NCBI RefSeq assembly: GCF_006345805.1
Contig: NC_043002.1
Location: 115,692,001 to 115,756,000 of the forward strand
Direction: 5' to 3'
Origin: Octopus sinensis
Lineage: Eukaryota
DNA length: 64,000 nt
The position numbers were made by a program, and so were the translations under genes. The notes under the pieces were generated by a model. It was given only the letters and a program-made list of their open reading frames with translations, was not told where the DNA came from and ran no database searches. Shown here piece by piece: positions 27,401 through 41,520 of this stretch; the first letter of the stretch is position 1, and every line of letters begins with the position of its first letter.

Positions 27401-30400
27401 AGCTTAATATCTCTCTTGACAGAATACTACAAGAAACTTAAAATGAAATTATCAGCATTTTGGCTCAAACCAGAGTTATCTAATTCCACTGGTCAAGTGG
27501 CTCCATTTTTGGGAGCAAAACAGACGCTTGCAAGAAATGCCATATCGCTGTTTTTGTGTTGAGCATATCAGACTGAATGTTCTTCTCACACAAACACATA
27601 TATGGCAGACATACACACATACATTATGAGGAGACAAACAAATCTTTTCATATTTTTTTTTTTTAATATTGTCTAATCTCTGTTAATTTTGACCTGAAAA
27701 ATGATTTTTGTAGTTCTGAACTCTTTCACGTCCAGCTTCATTCAATCATTCATTTTCATTGAACCTTTTATCACAAACTGCTGTTACTTTCTATCAACTT
27801 TATTTAGCATCCATTGTCAACTGAAATTTTTGTGTATTTTCATCATTTGTTTGCATCTGTTTTTGTATTGTGTGGTTTTCAATATTATTTTTGTATTGTT
27901 TCAATCCATGGAGACCAACATATTCTTTGTAACATAATTCATTTTGATATGCAAGTTATTATTATTATTATTATCTCTCAAATATTCCCTTTGACATTTA
28001 TTTTGCTTTAAAATCATATGAGTACAGTAATTCTTATCTGAATTAAGGAAACAATGTATTAACTTGATCCAGTTAATCTTACACATTCTTTTTTATTGGA
28101 AATATGCTGTAATTACGTTTAGCACTCGCAACAGTAAATTTCACCATTACACAATCAAAGTGGTATCAGTTTAAAAGTGTTATTATAACAGCTGCTATTG
28201 CCAGTGATAATGAGATTTGAATGTCATTGCTTCCCATTGGGTCGACTAACCATTACTGAGTGGTTGATAAATAACTCTCTTCAGCCATCAAATGCATTTT
28301 GGTTTCCCTATTTCTACTGCACTTGCTGATGGATCAAGTTCCTACTGCTAAGACCAAACAATGTCTAGAAGATTGTTTGCAATCCAGGCATGGACAAATT
28401 TGGTTACAGACCTTCCTTCCAACACCCATAAATGTGACAGTAAACTTCATTACCAGATGGGAATGAATGCTGGATGTAATAAGGAGGCTAGATTCCTCAT
28501 AGCATTTGATTTGAAACACATAAAAATTATGATGTAGGCATAGGAAAAAAAATTATGGTGATGATGACAGCAGCCGTCTGGATTTAAGACTTAATATCCA
28601 GTTATGGGGTGGGGGGTGAAGGTGTGTGGCCTAGTGGGTAGGGTGTTGTACTCATGATTGCAAGATTGTGGTTTCAATTCCCAGACCAACAATATATTGT
28701 GTTCTTGAACAAAACTTCATTTCACATTCTTCCAGTCCACTCAACTGTAAATGAGTAATCTTATGATGGACTGGCATTCTGTACAGGGGTGTGTTGGCTT
28801 GCTCTTTTAACCAATGGGCAGCATCCTTTAAATGCTAAAACAATGAGAGGAAGTCATTATGTCCAGCAGCATATAACAACATCCAATAGTCTGGTCAGTA
28901 CAGTGATATAGTGATATATATTCATCATCATCATCATCATCGTCGCCGTTTAACGTCCACTTTCCATGCTGGCATGGGTTTCACTGGGGCTGGCAAGCCA
29001 GAAGAGACTGCATCAGGCTCCAATCTGATCTGGCAAAGTTTCTACAGCTGAATGCCTTTCCTAATGCCAACCACTCTGAGAGTTTAGTGGGTGTTTTTTA
29101 CATGCCAGATGGTACTGGCACTGACCACGCTTGAATGGTGCTTTTTACATGACACTGGCATGGAGCCAGTCAGGTGGCACTGGCAATGACCATGCTCAAA
29201 TGGTGCTTTTTATGTGCCACCAGCATCGGACCAGTCAGCCAGCACTGGCATCAACTATGTTTGAATGGTTCCACCGGCATGGGAGCCAGTCAGGCAGTAC
29301 TGTCATTGGCCATGACAATAGCTTCACTTGCCTCAACAGGTCTTTGCAAGCACAGTTTATTGCCAAATAATTGAAGGGTACTCTTAAATGGGCTTGTTTT
29401 ATTGCACTGGCATAGGTCACAATTACAGTCTCACTTCTCAAGCACAACATACCTCCAGAGGTCTCGTCCACTTGTCATCGCCTTGGTGTGGCCCAACGTC
29501 TGAAGGTCATGCTTCACCACCTCATTCCAGGTCTTCCACTGGTTTCCTCTACTGCTAGGGTGTGACACTTTTTCACACAGCTGTCCTCATCTATATGCAT
29601 CACATGGCCATACCAGTGCAGTCAACTCTCTTGCACTCCACATCTGATGCTTCTTAAATCCAACTTTTCTCTCAGGGCCCTTACACTCTCTCGTGTGTGC
29701 ACAATGACATTACACATCCAGTGGAGCATACTGGCTTCATTCCTTGCAAGCTTACGCATGTCCTCAGCAGTCACGGCCCATGTTTCACTGCCATGTAGCA
29801 TGGCTATTCACACACATGATGATATCATCATCATTATGCATATATCTTTCTGTTCATTATGATACCTAATGTATTCATAATATAATAATTGTACTTATTC
29901 TGTAGGCAAAGAAAAGTAAAGGGTAGGAGATTTCTTTGTAGCACCCCTGAGCACTATATACAATTATTTCATTATTATATTATAAATATTAAGGACATTT
30001 AATTATAATGTACATTTTAATGCATTTAATTGTTTTAATACCTTTCTCTCCTTTATAATTTTACTTTTGATTTGTCAGCTTTTACATTTTAATTTATGTG
30101 TTTTAAATTTATTTTCAGTCCCCACTTTTTATGGATTTATACAATATCCATTTGGTTCCTGATGTAAGTTTTACATTTTATTACAATTAACCCCAAAAAT
30201 GCAGCTATTTCCTGTCATTATCTTTTACATTTTTCTAGTAATCACAGTACAAAGAAGGGTGTTGTCTTTGTACATGCATGTATAAATATAATGTCTTTTA
30301 ATTTCAAATCCTTTCATTGGGTTGTATTATTAAATAATAGCATTTTATCTGAGTGATAAGAAATAACTCTATTCTCAGGGGGGGGGGGTTATACTTGAAA

Positions 30401-33400
30401 ATAGAATAAACTAATATTAATAAATCTACAAAGTATTTCTTTGGTTTTACAATAAGCATTTCTGTTTAGCACAGATCACAAATAATGTACTAATGAAATA
30501 GCAGGTTGACAGAGATCTGCATTAAAGATCATTAACTTTATATAGGGTGCCAGGAAATATGAAATATAGTTTGAAAAATAATCTCTGTCAGTTGCCTTAG
30601 AAAGTTCAAATATTGCTTTAAGTTTTTGACACAAGGCCAGCAATTTTGGGGAAGGGAGTAAGTCAATTATGTTGACCCCAGTGTTCAATTGGTACTTATT
30701 TTATCAACCCCCAAAAGGATGAAAGGCAAAGTCAACTTTGGAGGAATTTGAACTCAGAATGTTAAGACAAACAAAATGCTGCTAAGTATTTTGCCTGTAG
30801 TGCAAATGATTCTGCTGGTTCACTGCCAAAGGAAATTCAAAAATATTGATTACAGATATCCAATATCAAATATATTCTGCAATGTCTTCAAAAAATCACA
30901 AAACAAGTGGCATTGTATTCTTTTTGATAGTTTTACATTTTCATCTGTAGTGTCAACTGCTTTTCAAACCATCCCTACCACAATCAAATTGTTTGACTTT
31001 ATCTCCCTTAATTGATGAAGCCTGCCTCAACCAACTCATCCTTCTCAGTAATTTTGATGTGCTCAGCTCTTCCTGACATTCTCACATTTCTTCTACAAAT
31101 ACTGCTGGCACTGAGGTTGAATTATTTAACAATTTGTACATTTTGTATCAGTTAGTCTCTTCATATACTTGTATGTCTGACTGACGTAGTCTTTTTCCGC
31201 AAACCCAACTTTTATCTTATGGTCCAACTACTTCAGCTGTGAAGAATTGTTAAGCAATGAAGTATGCTCAACCTTAGAGTACTACTAACATATTCAAGGA
31301 AAAGTAACTGTGACATATATATATATTCCAGACCATAACCAAAAGGCCATCTGAGTAATCAGCAAACATCCAGTCATTGGCAAATTGTATCCCCATTCTC
31401 TTTCTTCTGTGCTCACTAAAATCGGGTTTTATTGAACTTGCAAACAACTCTTTAGTATGTCTTCAATTCTTTAGTATGTCTTTAAAACATTGCATTAAAT
31501 ACTTTGCCCAAAGTCCCTGTCTGCCCATATTTTCCATACATGCATCAACCTGCAAATATATACACTGAACATTAGCCACATAAATTCAACAGTCTGGTTG
31601 GACTTGTAAATGGCCATTAGTTGTAAACCTTAAACTTTACTTACCATTTTAAGTCTATTTCTGACTTTCTCAAATTTTTTTGTTTCATAACATAATTATA
31701 TATCCAACATACCATTTTTACTGCAACTTCTTTGTATTCTTGACAAATTCCATGATACTCCATTTCTGATACAGACAGTAAAGAACTAAGCATAAAAGGG
31801 GAAAAGGTTTCCTGGATTTTATGTCTGCAAACAACTAATATTTAGTTTTGGGATTTGGTTTGCAAGATTCTTTATGTGAGTTCATGTGTTGAAACATATT
31901 CTGTTGTGTCTGGGGAGAGTCATTTTCTTTTTGTGCCTTATAATTTAACACACTCACTGGTAAAATTTCCACTTATTTCTTATTTTTATTTTCCTAAAAT
32001 TTTCTTTGCATCTTGCAACCTTTTCAATAGTCTTGACTCTCAAGACTATTGAAAAGGTTGCAAGATGCAAAGAAAATTTTAGGAAAATAAAAATAATAAG
32101 CGGACATTTTACCAGTGAGTGTGTTAAATTATAAGGCACAAAAAGAAAATCACTCTCCCCAAGCACAACAGAACTAATTATTTATTTCAACAAAAAAAAA
32201 CTTTATTACATCATAGTAGTTGATTCAAAGTAAATTTTAAAAACTAGTAGGCAAACAATAGAGAATCACTGAGTCTGTTATTGAGAAACATGGTTCTGAA
32301 GTTTTTGACAAATTTTGAAAAATCTAAAGTTGATGAACACACTCTTATGCTTTTCACCACATTGCTAGATGCCAGATGTTGCTTCTTTTTGTTTTCACAC
32401 TTTTTAAGGCTGAGAAACCATACTCACTGAGCCATGAACTAGGGAAAAACTATGATTTCTGACTGACAAACTGGATATTATTTTTACTAGATATCCAGAT
32501 GCTGTCAATGATTCTTTAAACTTCAACACAAAAGTGTGATCATTTTCCAAGTTTACAAGCTTCTTGTTCTTGAAGTTTGAAATTTTACATTTCCACTGTT
32601 TTTGAGAAAGGTTTTCTTATCCATTTGTATTTCTTGATGTCTTATTCTGGAAAGTACCATTTTAATACAGGCTAGAAACTTAACTAGTGACTTTCCACAC
32701 AATCCAGCAAGATTAAGTTTTTCTTCACTTCTAAGAAGGGGAAATATATTTGTTGCTCTCCTTCACAAATGGTGCAGCCACATTGTAATTTTATCCTGAA
32801 GTTAACTTGTCCTCCATTGGTCCTTACATGCTTGTGTGCTCAAGCGGCAAGGTAAACAAGCTTTGCATACCAATAGTCATCAGTTGATAAACTCTTTTGT
32901 GCATTTTTCAAACCCTTGGGACAGACCTAGTTAACATGGTGTCATCACTCTCATCTAATATGTCACAAAGATTATTTACTTTTGCACATTTACTGCAATT
33001 TCATTGGCTGGTCAGCCATCACATACAAATTGCTTTTTCTCTACAACAAATCTATTTTAACTGGACCCCAACTTGTAAAGCAAATAACAAACACTCTAAC
33101 AAAACATTAATTAAACTGTTTCAAAATTTCAATAGAATTATACAGAAACTTATTATTTAAGTTCTTTTAATTTTTGTTTTAAAGAACTACGTTTTTGTCT
33201 TTGCATAATTCTCATTTAATAAATAATAATTGTTGGTACTAATTATCATATAAATATATACAAACACAAAAACATAAATACAAACATACTTATCACACAC
33301 CAGTTACACATTCGTACACATCTACACCCACACATTTATTTGCTTATGCACACACAGACACAACATTTTACAAGAAAAGTGTTGTTACATTGAAACTGAC

Positions 33401-36400
33401 AATGTTAACTAGGTATCATATGCATTGTATGATTTATGTAAATCACCCAAACACTCCTTTTACGAATCTAAATAGACTCACACCCAAACACACACTCACA
33501 CATGCAGACACTGACATATACATGAGTGTGAAAAAATGTTTCTGAAAGTCATGGGAGCTGTGCTGTTTTCTGACTTTGTAGGCATGCCCACATGTGTTAG
33601 ACACACGGGGCTCAAAAAGGTGCTCAGGGTGGTTATTGGCATGATGGTTAATAATTTTGTGGGTGTTTACCAAGCTAGTTGCCAGACGTCGGAGCTTCAC
33701 TGTACCTATTCCCAGGGAAGCAACACATTCAGAGTATGGTAGATGCCTGATGGAGGGTAAAGTGGCATCGAGTAATAGGGAACCAATGTTTTACTTTCTG
33801 TGTATACATATTGATTTTTCACTCAAACGTTTCATTTTATTTACAACAAATTAATTAACTTGTGAACTTTCTATATCTTCCCCATTTTTTTTTTAAGATA
33901 TTATTAACCAACAACAATCTTCTCAATCTGATTCTTCTGTTGATTTTTACTTCTTCTTAGACAAAATGGACTGATTTCACATACCAATCTAATACATTCA
34001 AATGGAAATTGATCATTGCTCTTTTGACAATTCTTCCAATTTAAACTGTTATTTGTGTTATATATTTCTTGAATGTTTTTTTCAAAAATATAAAGTTTAC
34101 TAAAATACAATTTAAAATTTTCTATATCTTCTTCAGGATACACAAGATTTTTCCTCTGATTTTATTGGAATGGAAGGAGTTATGGAAAAACTACCTATGA
34201 ATAAAAAAAAGTCAACCCTACTGAAAACTTGGAAAAGAAGATATTTTATGGCAAAAAATGGATGGCTTGTTTACTATGATGTACATCTATAATTTAATTT
34301 TTTTTTTTAAACAACTTTTTTTAAAAGCACACTCATTTATTGCAATTCTATTAATTATTGATAGGGTAACACCTGATGAATCAATGATGAGGGATAGATC
34401 AAATGTATTAGTCAAGTGTGTTTATTGATCCAGATTCAAGCAAGATCGTTTGCCATAGATTTGTATGTATATCTCTTCCCTTTAGAATTATTCTGCTCAC
34501 TGAGTGAATAGTGCTGGAACTTTTCTAGCTTTCACTGCATTAAGAAGCAGAAACATATTCCTGTTTGAACTGGAATCACAGATTTGTATTTTGCCAAGAT
34601 ATGATTCGATCATCATATTGCAAAGGAACACTTGTTAATATGTTATCTGTTTATACAAAGATGAACTGCGGCTTCGACAGTTTAATGTCTTAATCAAAAG
34701 AGAGAATGTAGGCGTTTGAACTATTAATGTTTTGGTTAGTTGACTAACATCTTAAACTTGTGAAAATCCCATCAGTTATGACATTTAAAACTTTTTTATA
34801 TAAAACACTTGAAAATACATAATTACTGAACAAAGCTATATATATATATAGAACACAAAGTTATTTTATTCTACAGAAGTTGAAAATGCACTGAGAGTAG
34901 TTAAAATATTTTTTATTAATACATTTCAAGCTTTAACTGGTTTCACAATTTACACTGATTATCAAAAGGTCCAAATAGAAAGACGTGACTTACGCCACAG
35001 CTGTCTTGCTTTTGACTAGGGTTTGAAGTTTGCGCTATCTTTATAGGAAGTTCATGGCCAAAGTTAGTATATGTTTTGAATAGGATTTGATTGGTAGAGG
35101 ATAGTCACATGACTGGTCTTAGAAATTTTTTTAGATTCCCCTTCTAGGTTCCATGTGTTAATACCAAGTGACAATGTTTGGCATTATAAGTTAAGGCTGA
35201 CACAGTTCTGTCAACTGAAATAGTAGCAGAATCACTATAAATGTTTTTGCTCCATGGATTTTAAACTATGTTAAATCACTACAAATGTCCTTTATTTTGA
35301 AGTTCATGAATTCATCTGACAAAAATGGTTTCTTTACAATATAATGTTTTCATTAACCAATTAAAGGAGTCGTTAGTAACATCCATAATGGATTGACACC
35401 TGTACCTCTACTGTTACTCATTTCTATTTTATTCAGCTGTCTCGGAATCTGCCATTCATAAATATTACAGACTGTATATTTAATATAATGTACATGTCTG
35501 AATAGCTCAAGAGCAGATTTCTTTACTCAACTGGGTCTAATTGTCTACAGACACTGCAAGAATATCATTCAGCCGGTACTTATGTGCCAAGTTGATATTT
35601 ACATAATATTGTTGTGCGCGTATATTATTCCAACCTAACAAGGTGCCTCAACTTAAATACCTAATTCAACTGAATCTTACTTTTATATATATATATTTAT
35701 ATATATACACATATATATATATTCTTTTTGCATATTTTTAGAATTGTGGAGACCAGCAACCCAGTGATGAGATATTGTTGATGGGAGGAACCATAACAGT
35801 TATGGGCAACAATGTAATTGGTATTGATGATGGTGTAAGTTTTTTTTTTACTTTATTTATTTATTTATCTATTTTGTTATGCTCTGATAGGTTTATAGTG
35901 AAGCCTGTGGCAATGGAGACCTCCAATGTTCTCCACCACCAGACTATATTCATGCTCACCACTATCCACAAGTCATGAGTCAGAGTAGCTGTTCCAGCAC
36001 ATCTCCCTCACCATCCTCCAGGGCAGCGCCTTTTCCATTTCATCAGTTGGGACCATGAGACAGTCTACATTACGGGAAATTGTACATTCCACTCAGTAAT
36101 TTAAAATTACTCCATATAAATTGCTCAGTTGAATTCTCATTTCTTTTAGAAATTCATAAAGATGCAGCTGCATTATTGAAACTAGATTATTTAATTATGC
36201 ACAAAGGTTGTAAGGTTTAGGCTATGTGGTCATGAATTTAAAACCTGTCACTCCAGTCTTATAAACATACCTTATAACTCTGCTTTCAGCAGTCTGTATG
36301 GTTGATATCAGATTCCATTCTTTTTTCAAGGTTGAGTGATTTGAAGTAAGAGAGGCATCCAACAAAAGAAGAGTGAATGTTCAATTTACTAGAAATTGCC

Positions 36401-39400
36401 ATCATGGCTCTCTCACATTAAAGCCTACAATCTTCAATAAGTAACTGAATAGTGTCATCTACACAATCTAGAAATAAAGATTGAATGGTCACAGTTTGAA
36501 CACCTTCCATCATAGGTTTCTTCAGTCAGGCTTGACCTGAGATTAAATGACAACATTGTTCCAACAATTGTCCGATTGAAAACAACAACAAAATTTATAA
36601 AATTCTTTTAAATCCAACTTCCTTAGCAAATTCATCAGTTCTTATTTCACAGTGTATGACATGGCCTTTCAGTATCATTGTTTTAATTTCTTGGGAATTG
36701 TTTTTGAAGAATCATCATCATTATTTAATGTCAATTTTCCATTTGGCATGGGTTGGATGGTTTGATTAGAGCTGTTAAGGCCAGGGGCCTCACCAGACCC
36801 CATTGTCTGTTTTGGAATGGTTTCTTTGGCTGGATGCCGTTCCTAACAGCAACCGCTCTATAGAGTGTACTGGTGCTTTTTACATAACATCATCACCAGT
36901 GCTTTTAACATGGCACCGGTATGAGTACCTTTTATGTGACACCAGCACCAATATCAATTCTGCTGGAATGGACAGGTCTTCTTGAGTACAGCAATGCACC
37001 AGGTATTTCAGTCCAAAGTCATCTTCATAAGACTCAGTACCTTGAGATCAGCCTTCAATACTTTGTCCCTTGTCTTCCTGGGTTCCCCTCTTCCTCAAGT
37101 TTTATCCATTTTAAGTGATCAGCTCTTCATGGTTAAGCAGATGAGAAATATGATATTTATAATATTTGGGTCATATTTTCCTAATCTTGAATTTTTATGG
37201 CTGAAAAACAGTAAATTTTTAAATCATTATATAGTCAAGAGTCAAAAGCCGGCCAGCTTTGAAAAACAATAATTTCTAACATTGGTACAATATTGTAAAT
37301 CTTAATGAGTCCACAGGGGTGCTGGGGTGATTCATTGATTTAATTTACCCTAGTACTTGATTGAAATGGATGAAAGAGCAAGAATACTGTGCCAGAATTT
37401 AAATTCAGATTGTAAGGAGCCAGAACAAATACCACAAGGCACTTTGTTCAGTTCTCCAGGGATTAAAGGCAGTTTGGATTAAGCTTGCATGAATTGAGGC
37501 AGTCTGGATAAAGTCTGATCATACTTAGTTTCTTCTTCATCCACATATATAAACTTAGCTTACACACACCCACACAGCATTTCACTTTACCATCTTCCCC
37601 CACACTTGCAATACACATACACCGAATTCACACATACTATATTTTTACTTTCACACTTATTTTCCTGAGTATTGTTCACTCTTCTTTGCCTAAAATCAGC
37701 TTCTTTGCTCCACTATACTTCCAGCCTGCCGTCTTTGAACCAACATCATGCTTTTTCTTTCCATTTTTTTCTTTTCCCTCTCTTTCTTTCCGTTTTGATA
37801 GAGGACTAATGTCTGAAATATTGACTTCCTTTTATTTTCTCCATTCCATTAATTATATTGGCTTTTGATAGTTTTCATTATTCTTTTTTCTTTACTAGTT
37901 TTTAATGTGACCCACCTGGTTATTTCTTTTTTTTTACTTGGATATTAAGTAGGTATATGGTTAAAGATTTGCTGGTTTGTATCCCAACATTAATGTTGCA
38001 TCCATAGCCAAGATGCTTAATTCTTACTGGTATTTATAGGGCTATGAGTTTGTATAGCTCAGTACAAAAAGGAGCAGATGTATTGCATAATTAACAGATA
38101 TTTTGCTAGTAGTAGTGTTAGGTCCAAATTCTGGTGTTGACCTGGAGTAAGTAATGCAATATTTCAGTGTATCCTCTTAATAATCATCAAAATCACCATG
38201 AGCATTCGCAGTGCAACAATGTGATTTTTTTTTTGTAATGCAGTTTCAGATTGCCATTTCTAAAATATTTACAGTTTCATGACAGAATAATTAAAAACAT
38301 TACACTTAATCGCTATGAAATTCTTGCAGCTGTTTTGTTTAATTTTGTTTGATGATGTCCTAAATTTAGTATAAACTCCCTAGTTGTTTTTCAAATTTGC
38401 TTTAACTCTTTTCTGTCCATATCTAAAGCACAACTGTTTATATTGTATACAAACAAGTATACGAGACAAATTGACTCTCCTATTCAGTGAATCACCTCTA
38501 TTCTTTTAATATTTAAAAAAATTCATACCTGAAGCTATTGGGTGTCTATTTGTCAGTTACATACTCTGTACAGCTCAATATCTAAACAAAATCTTTTGTC
38601 ATTAACCTGTTGTCACCAAACTACCACTTTTTTTTACAGTTCATTGCTTTAGCAGGTCACCTAAATATTAGTCTCTAGTTACTCGTAGCCTGCCTATCAT
38701 GCTGTCCCATTTCCAAAACCGAGTGCACTTTTTCTTGTTCTATATTCAGACCAACCCTCTTAAATATTTCTTTTTGTCATTTTGTCATTTTAGTTGTGCT
38801 GGCTCTCAAATAGCAAAAAATATTCATCCTAATAAGTGTATAATTATGGTTATGACCAATGCAGTGAGATACTAGTGTATGTGTATTTAGCAGTCAAAAC
38901 ACTCTCCTAAGACATTTTAGGTTTGCCTTATTGACAATATTCATAACTAGCATTACTACTTTCTTTTCTTCTCTCCCATAAATATATATATACAGAATAT
39001 CATCATATCATCATCATTGTTTAACGTCCATTTTCTATACTGGCATGGGTGGAATGGTTTAGGAGCTGGCAAACCAGAGGACTGCAGCAAGATCCACTGT
39101 CTCTTTTAGCATGGTTTTTACAGCTGGATGCTCTTCCTAATGCCAACCAAATTACAGAATGGACTAGGTGCTTTTTACATGGCACCAGCACTGGTGAGGT
39201 CTGTTTTGGCATGGTTTTTACAGCTGGGTACCTTTCCTAACACCACCCTTTTACAGAGGGAGGGAGTGCATTTTACGTGACACCAGCACTGGTGAGGTCT
39301 GTTTTGGCATGGTTTTTACAGCTGCATGCCCTTCCTAATGTCAACTCTTTACAGAGTGAAGTGAATGCATTTTATGTGGCACCAGCATTGGTGAGGTCTG

Positions 39401-40945
39401 TTTTGGCATGGTTTTTACAAGTGGTTCCCTTCCTAATGCCAACCACTTTACAGAGTGGACGAATGCCTTTATATATGGCACTAGGACCAGTGAGATTACC
39501 AAGTAACTTGCAAGATAAAGACCCTTTGAGGGGTAGTTTTATGCCAGGTAATGAAAAGTTAGAACATAGAAAACAGGAGTCTTGCTGTATGGGAGATGCA
39601 TGGTGACCCTAGTTAGAGGGAGACAGCAAAAGAGAGAGAGAGAGTGAGGGAGAATGAGAGAGAGCAAAAGTGAGAGGGAGCAAGAGAGAAGGTATGGTAG
39701 AACACAGCTGAGTGTGCATAAGTAAGGAGTACATGTGAATGCAATAAGTGGGGGTTAGGGAAATGCAGGGACTAATGAAAAACTGATCACCCCTTTTTCT
39801 TGCCAACTGAAGTGGATATACTTCTTCCAAGATGAGATCTAAGTACATCAAAAATGTCTGTTGCTTTCACCAGTTGGCTTTAAAGACAGGACCCACTCGT
39901 AACGCCATTGTCTTTATTTTCTGAACAGTTGCATTCGCTGATTTCATTAAAGTTATGTTTCTCTTGCTGTTTGGTTAAACGTTTGCTTCACAACCACATG
40001 GTTTCAGGTTCAATCCTACTGGACAACATCTTGGACAAGTGTCTTCTACCATTGCCCTGTGTTGGCCAACGCCATGTGAGTGGATTTGGTAGATGGAAAC
40101 TGAAGGAAACCCATCATGTGTGTCTGTGTGTGTCTTTGTGTTTATGTTAGACCACCACCACCTATTGACAATTGGTGTTGGTTTGTTTATGTCCCTGTAA
40201 TTCAGCAGTTCACCTAAGAGACTGATAGAATAAGTACCAAACTTAAAAAGAAAGCAATATTGTGGTTGATTTGTTCAACTAAACCCATCAAGGTGGTACT
40301 CCAGCGTGGTTGCAATCCAATGACTGAAACAAATAAAAAAGATTAAAGATAAAAGATAACTTAGGAGATAATTTTTATCCTATAATTTCAAGAATAATCA
40401 AAGTTAAAGTTTTTTAAGCCATTTCATTGCATTTTAGACTAACTTCATTGTATGTGGTATATTTAGCATCTAGAATGCTCACCCAAGGCATTTCCCTCCT
40501 GCATGATTGTCTTGTATGTACAGATATATATCATCACCGTTTAACACCCACTTTCCATTCTGGCATGGGTTGGGCAGTTTGACTGAGGACTGGCAAGCCA
40601 AAAGGTTGCATCAGGTTCCAATCTGATTTGGCAACGTTTCTACAGCTGGATGCCCTTCCTAACACCAACCACTCCGAGAGTGTAGTGGGTGCTTTTAACG
40701 TGTCACCGGTATGAGGGCCAGTCAGGTGGTACTGGCATCAACCATGCTCGAATGGTGCTTTTTATGTACCACTGGCACATGAGCCAGTCAGGCAGCACTG
40801 GCAACGACTATGCTCAAATGGTATGTATGTATGTATGTATGTATGTACGTGTGTGTGTTTATATATGTATATATATATGTGTGTATATATATGTATAAAT
40901 ATATGTGTATATATGTGTATGTATATATATATGTATGTATGTGTG

Positions 40946-40992
<47 letters not shown>

Positions 40993-41485
40993 GAGTTATG
41001 GAATGGAGTACATAAGATTTGGGCTATATATGTTTCATAGTAAACGGAACCTCAGAAGTGGTAAATATCCAGACAAGGAGTATACTGCAAGCTACTCTTC
41101 AGACCAAGGATATCTTGATAAATGAAAGTTTACACTGCTGCAAGGGGGTACATGGAAGAGGGTATGGAAGATTCAATCAAAATATACTTGGCCTGAAGAG
41201 TAGCCAGCGCTATACACTTCGCCTAGATCTTATCTACTCCATTCCATACATCTTGAGTTGTTATTCACACACCTGGCAACCCTGGTTGACTACTGTGAAA
41301 TATAAAAAGAACTTTTTTCAGTTTTTTGCACTTCGATACAATAAATATCCAGAACTTCCGTCCCAATAAACCACTATTGTCCTTGAAAGTTATTTTTTAT
41401 ATTTACTGTGGATTGCTTGAAGCCAACTTTCTTCCTATACCTCAATATCTAGATCTTACATTTATATATATATATATACACACAA

Positions 41486-41520
<35 letters not shown>

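Noticed and set aside
28100-28520. Non-repetitive-looking stretch with ORF 28334..28519
   Set aside because: No recognisable motif or convincing splice-site pair; cannot be supported as an exon.
38000-38900. Possible LINE relic on the - strand (KYLGDL)
   Set aside because: A single short motif among many stops; the family cannot be assigned.
39000-39470. Regularly spaced repeats that superficially resemble a CRISPR array
   Set aside because: The units are degenerate tandem copies within an RTE tail with no unique spacers; eukaryotic context and no cas genes.
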